From assembly GCA_963794945.1 (NCBI GenBank), contig CAWCFT010000008.1, positions 64,001 to 128,000 of the forward strand: a DNA stretch of 64,000 nucleotides. Reading direction: 5' to 3'. How positions within the stretch are numbered: position 1 is the first letter of the stretch; the number at the start of each line of letters is the position of its first letter. Of the stretch, positions 61,990 to 64,000 are shown piece after piece. The position numbers and the translations under genes were made by a program. This DNA comes from Endomicrobiales bacterium. Lineage in GTDB: Bacteria > Elusimicrobiota > Endomicrobiia > Endomicrobiales > CAWCFT01. A model generated the notes under the pieces. The model was not told where the DNA came from and did no database searches. It saw only the letters and a program-made list of their open reading frames with translations.

Positions 61990-62066
61990 ATTGAAGATTA
62001 AACATTTGGAATATTTTAAGATTTAAGACCATTAATTTTAAATCTTCAATCTTTCAATTTTCTAAA
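61990..62066. repeat. Inverted short-repeat array, family 4
   Basis: attgaagattaaacatttggaatattttaagatttaag ... aaatcttcaatctttcaattttctaaatt. Confidence 0.65.
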
Positions 62067-62712
62067 TTGTTTTACCTCTTTCTTCAGCCCAAGACCTGCG
62101 CACGTATAACGGTTTAACCTTGCTGTAATTGCCGCCTTTTACTTTTTCTGCCAATAATGCCAGTACGCCTGCCCTGGGAAAAATATATCTTTCAGGTGTT
62201 TTTACAATTGTGTTCTTTAAAACTACTGAAATAATATCTCCGTAAACCATCGGAGCATTACCCACTACCATTATATTCTTTCTGAGCTTTTTTAGACCTT
62301 CAAAATATTTTTTAGCCTCGATTATCTCAACGGTTCTATTTGCAACATAAACTTCACCCCGCCCGGCGTCAATTGCAGCTATAACTTCGAAATCTCCTTT
62401 AGGCACAGCCTTCCTAAGCAGTTCAAGCGTATTAATTCCCAAGACCGGAATACCCAGAACCTGCGACAGCACCTTAGCGCACGTAAGGCCTACTCTTATA
62501 CCTGTAAAGCTGCCGGGTCCAGTGGAAACCGCTATCTTATCCAGTGACTCTAGTTTCCACCCGGCATTATTGATGATCCTGGCTATGTTCGGAACAAGCT
62601 TTTCTGAGTGTATAAAACCCTTGTTATCAAACACTTCCTTGATTATCTTGCCGTTCTCAGATAGCGCTAGGCCGAACGACCTGCCAGAAGTTTCTATTGC
62701 CAAAATTCTCAT
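62062..62712 (-). CDS. tsaB: t6A biosynthesis protein TsaB
   Basis: MRILAIETS, HSEKL, GPGSFTGIRVG, IDAGRGEVY, PLYVR. Confidence 0.93.
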   Translation of the reverse strand: MRILAIETSGRSFGLALSENGKIIKEVFDNKGFIHSEKLVPNIARIINNAGWKLESLDKIAVSTGPGSFTGIRVGLTCAKVLSQVLGIPVLGINTLELLRKAVPKGDFEVIAAIDAGRGEVYVANRTVEIIEAKKYFEGLKKLRKNIMVVGNAPMVYGDIISVVLKNTIVKTPERYIFPRAGVLALLAEKVKGGNYSKVKPLYVRRSWAEERGKTI

Positions 62713-63188
62713 AGAGGACCTTTCCCGGCAATTATTGATATTTTTCGTTTTTGTTCGCCAAGCCACTTGAAACTGACATCGTAAGCCGGGCATATCGCGT
62801 TCCTTTTTAGCCTATCGGCCCATTCAATAACAGTAATCGCGTCGTCAGATATATATTCTTCAAGGCCCAGCCTGTTGATAGACTGACCATCAAGCCTGTA
62901 GAGGTCCATGTGGCGCAGCAATTTCTTGTCCTTCGAACGGTACTCGTTTACAAGCACGAAGCTGGCGCTCCTTGCGAATTTTTTTATGCCGTACGAATCC
63001 AATATGCCCTGCACGAATGTGGTCTTGCCGCTTCCCAGGTCGCCCTTTAGAGTTACAATATCGCCTTTTACAAGTTTCTTAGCGAACCGCATACCGGCAA
63101 GCTTTGTCTCTTCCGGTGAACTGGTAATAAATTCCTGACCGTCTATTTGCTTTAAAGCGTGAGCAGTTTCCCTGCGCTTGTTTGTCAT
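62709..63188 (-). CDS. tsaE: t6A biosynthesis ATPase TsaE
   Basis: GDLGSGKTT, HMDLYRL, IEWAD. Confidence 0.93.
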   Translation of the reverse strand: MTNKRRETAHALKQIDGQEFITSSPEETKLAGMRFAKKLVKGDIVTLKGDLGSGKTTFVQGILDSYGIKKFARSASFVLVNEYRSKDKKLLRHMDLYRLDGQSINRLGLEEYISDDAITVIEWADRLKRNAICPAYDVSFKWLGEQKRKISIIAGKGPL

Positions 63189-64000
63189 ATCTTAAATGCC
63201 TGATAACCAGTTGCCTTAATACCTGACAGTTTGCTTCCGCTAAAATATCTTAGCTTTTCTGGCACTGTTTATTTCACCGATGCAGGTAATATCTCTTGAT
63301 ATTTTTTACGACAGCTTTAGCCCCGCGGGGGTTGACCGTAAAAACGAGCTCATAGTCCTCTCCGCCGTCCAACGCAAGATCAAGCGGATGAATACTTTTA
63401 TCCTTCAAAGAAACTCCCTTAGTTCCTTTGAAACCGGTATTTTTTCGATACGATACATCTGCGCCCGCAGAGCTTTTATCTGTAATGATCTTAAGCGAAG
63501 CGGCAAGGCCGTCAGATGAGTCTATCATGCTTGTAACCACACCGGTTCTTGAAAGAAGACCCGCTGTTTTAAGGCGCGGTACAGGTAAAATGTGCTTATT
63601 TATAAGCTTTTTCTCCAATTTACCTGCTGCCCTGCCATGTTTTTCAAGTATATTCAGCCCTGCCCCAGAGTCGCCGAATATTCCAGTTACATACACAAGG
63701 TCGCCCGGCTTGGCGTTTGACCTGTGGATAAGATTTTTTTTTTCTATTTCACCTATTAAAGTAATTGATATTACAATGTCTTTTTTAGTTGAGCTACTGT
63801 GTCACCGCCAGCTATCATATAGCCGTATCTTAGAATATGCCTTCTTCATACCTATGTACAACTTATCAACAAAATCCACAGATATATCACCAGGCATTCC
63901 AAGCCCGACAAGGGCATATAGAGGCTTTGCGCCACCCATTGCGGCAAGGTCTCAGAGGTTGACAGCCATTGACTTATACCCCAGATCCTCCGGCTTGATC
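63185..64000 (-). CDS. thiL: Thiamine-phosphate kinase, 5'-truncated by the window edge, several indels
   Basis: DLGYKSMAVNL, AMGG, MIDSSDGL, GGEDYELVFT. Confidence 0.88.

Noticed and set aside
8241..62066. Short-repeat arrays as CRISPR arrays or ordinary terminators
   Set aside because: There are no constant-length repeats with unique spacers. The arms are AT-rich and periodic, lack a GC stem plus U tract, and mostly lie inside operons.
130..64000. Roughly 20 split genes suggesting mass pseudogenisation or programmed frameshifting
   Set aside because: The breaks are single-base shifts in otherwise intact and often essential genes (metG, tmk, prs, ispE), with no shared slippery motif. Uncorrected sequencing indels are the simplest explanation; polishing would confirm this.

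Overview
Bacterial chromosomal window, mostly on the minus strand. Gene content and order suggest an anaerobic diderm such as Elusimicrobiota (inference only). Single-base frameshifts recur even in essential genes (prs, ispE, tmk, metG), so they are treated as sequencing indels rather than pseudogenes. Left to right: (1) 1-8220, a nitrogen-uptake locus (class II glutamine amidotransferase, sigma-70-like factor, beta-barrel protein, APC permease fused to a P-II domain, two free P-II proteins, KimA-like transporter, amtB) punctuated by ANTAR-type hairpin/terminator attenuators; (2) housekeeping genes metV/metF, pth, rplY, prs, glmU, tRNA-Gln (with a GIY-YIG islet), spoVG, ispE, TPR protein, rimI; (3) about 20.9-27.7 kb, an accessory/defence islet (single-chain R-M enzyme, orphan ParB, TcmP plus radical SAM pair); (4) DUF190, fluC, pdxA, two PPIases; (5) a CHASE2-Ser/Thr kinase, PP2C and FHA module; (6) TPR, patatin, TolC, argHGDB, a RecB-like nuclease, rsmD, tRNA-Ala; (7) a three-gene minor-pilin cassette with a ~1,200-aa PA14-containing pilin; (8) tmk, holB, PSP1/ricT, metG, tatD, SGNH, radical SAM, 3D-domain protein; (9) dehydrogenase, lsrF, tsaB, tsaE, thiL. 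About 14 intergenic spacers are inverted arrays of degenerate ~7-nt repeats in six sequence families, which gene annotation does not explain.
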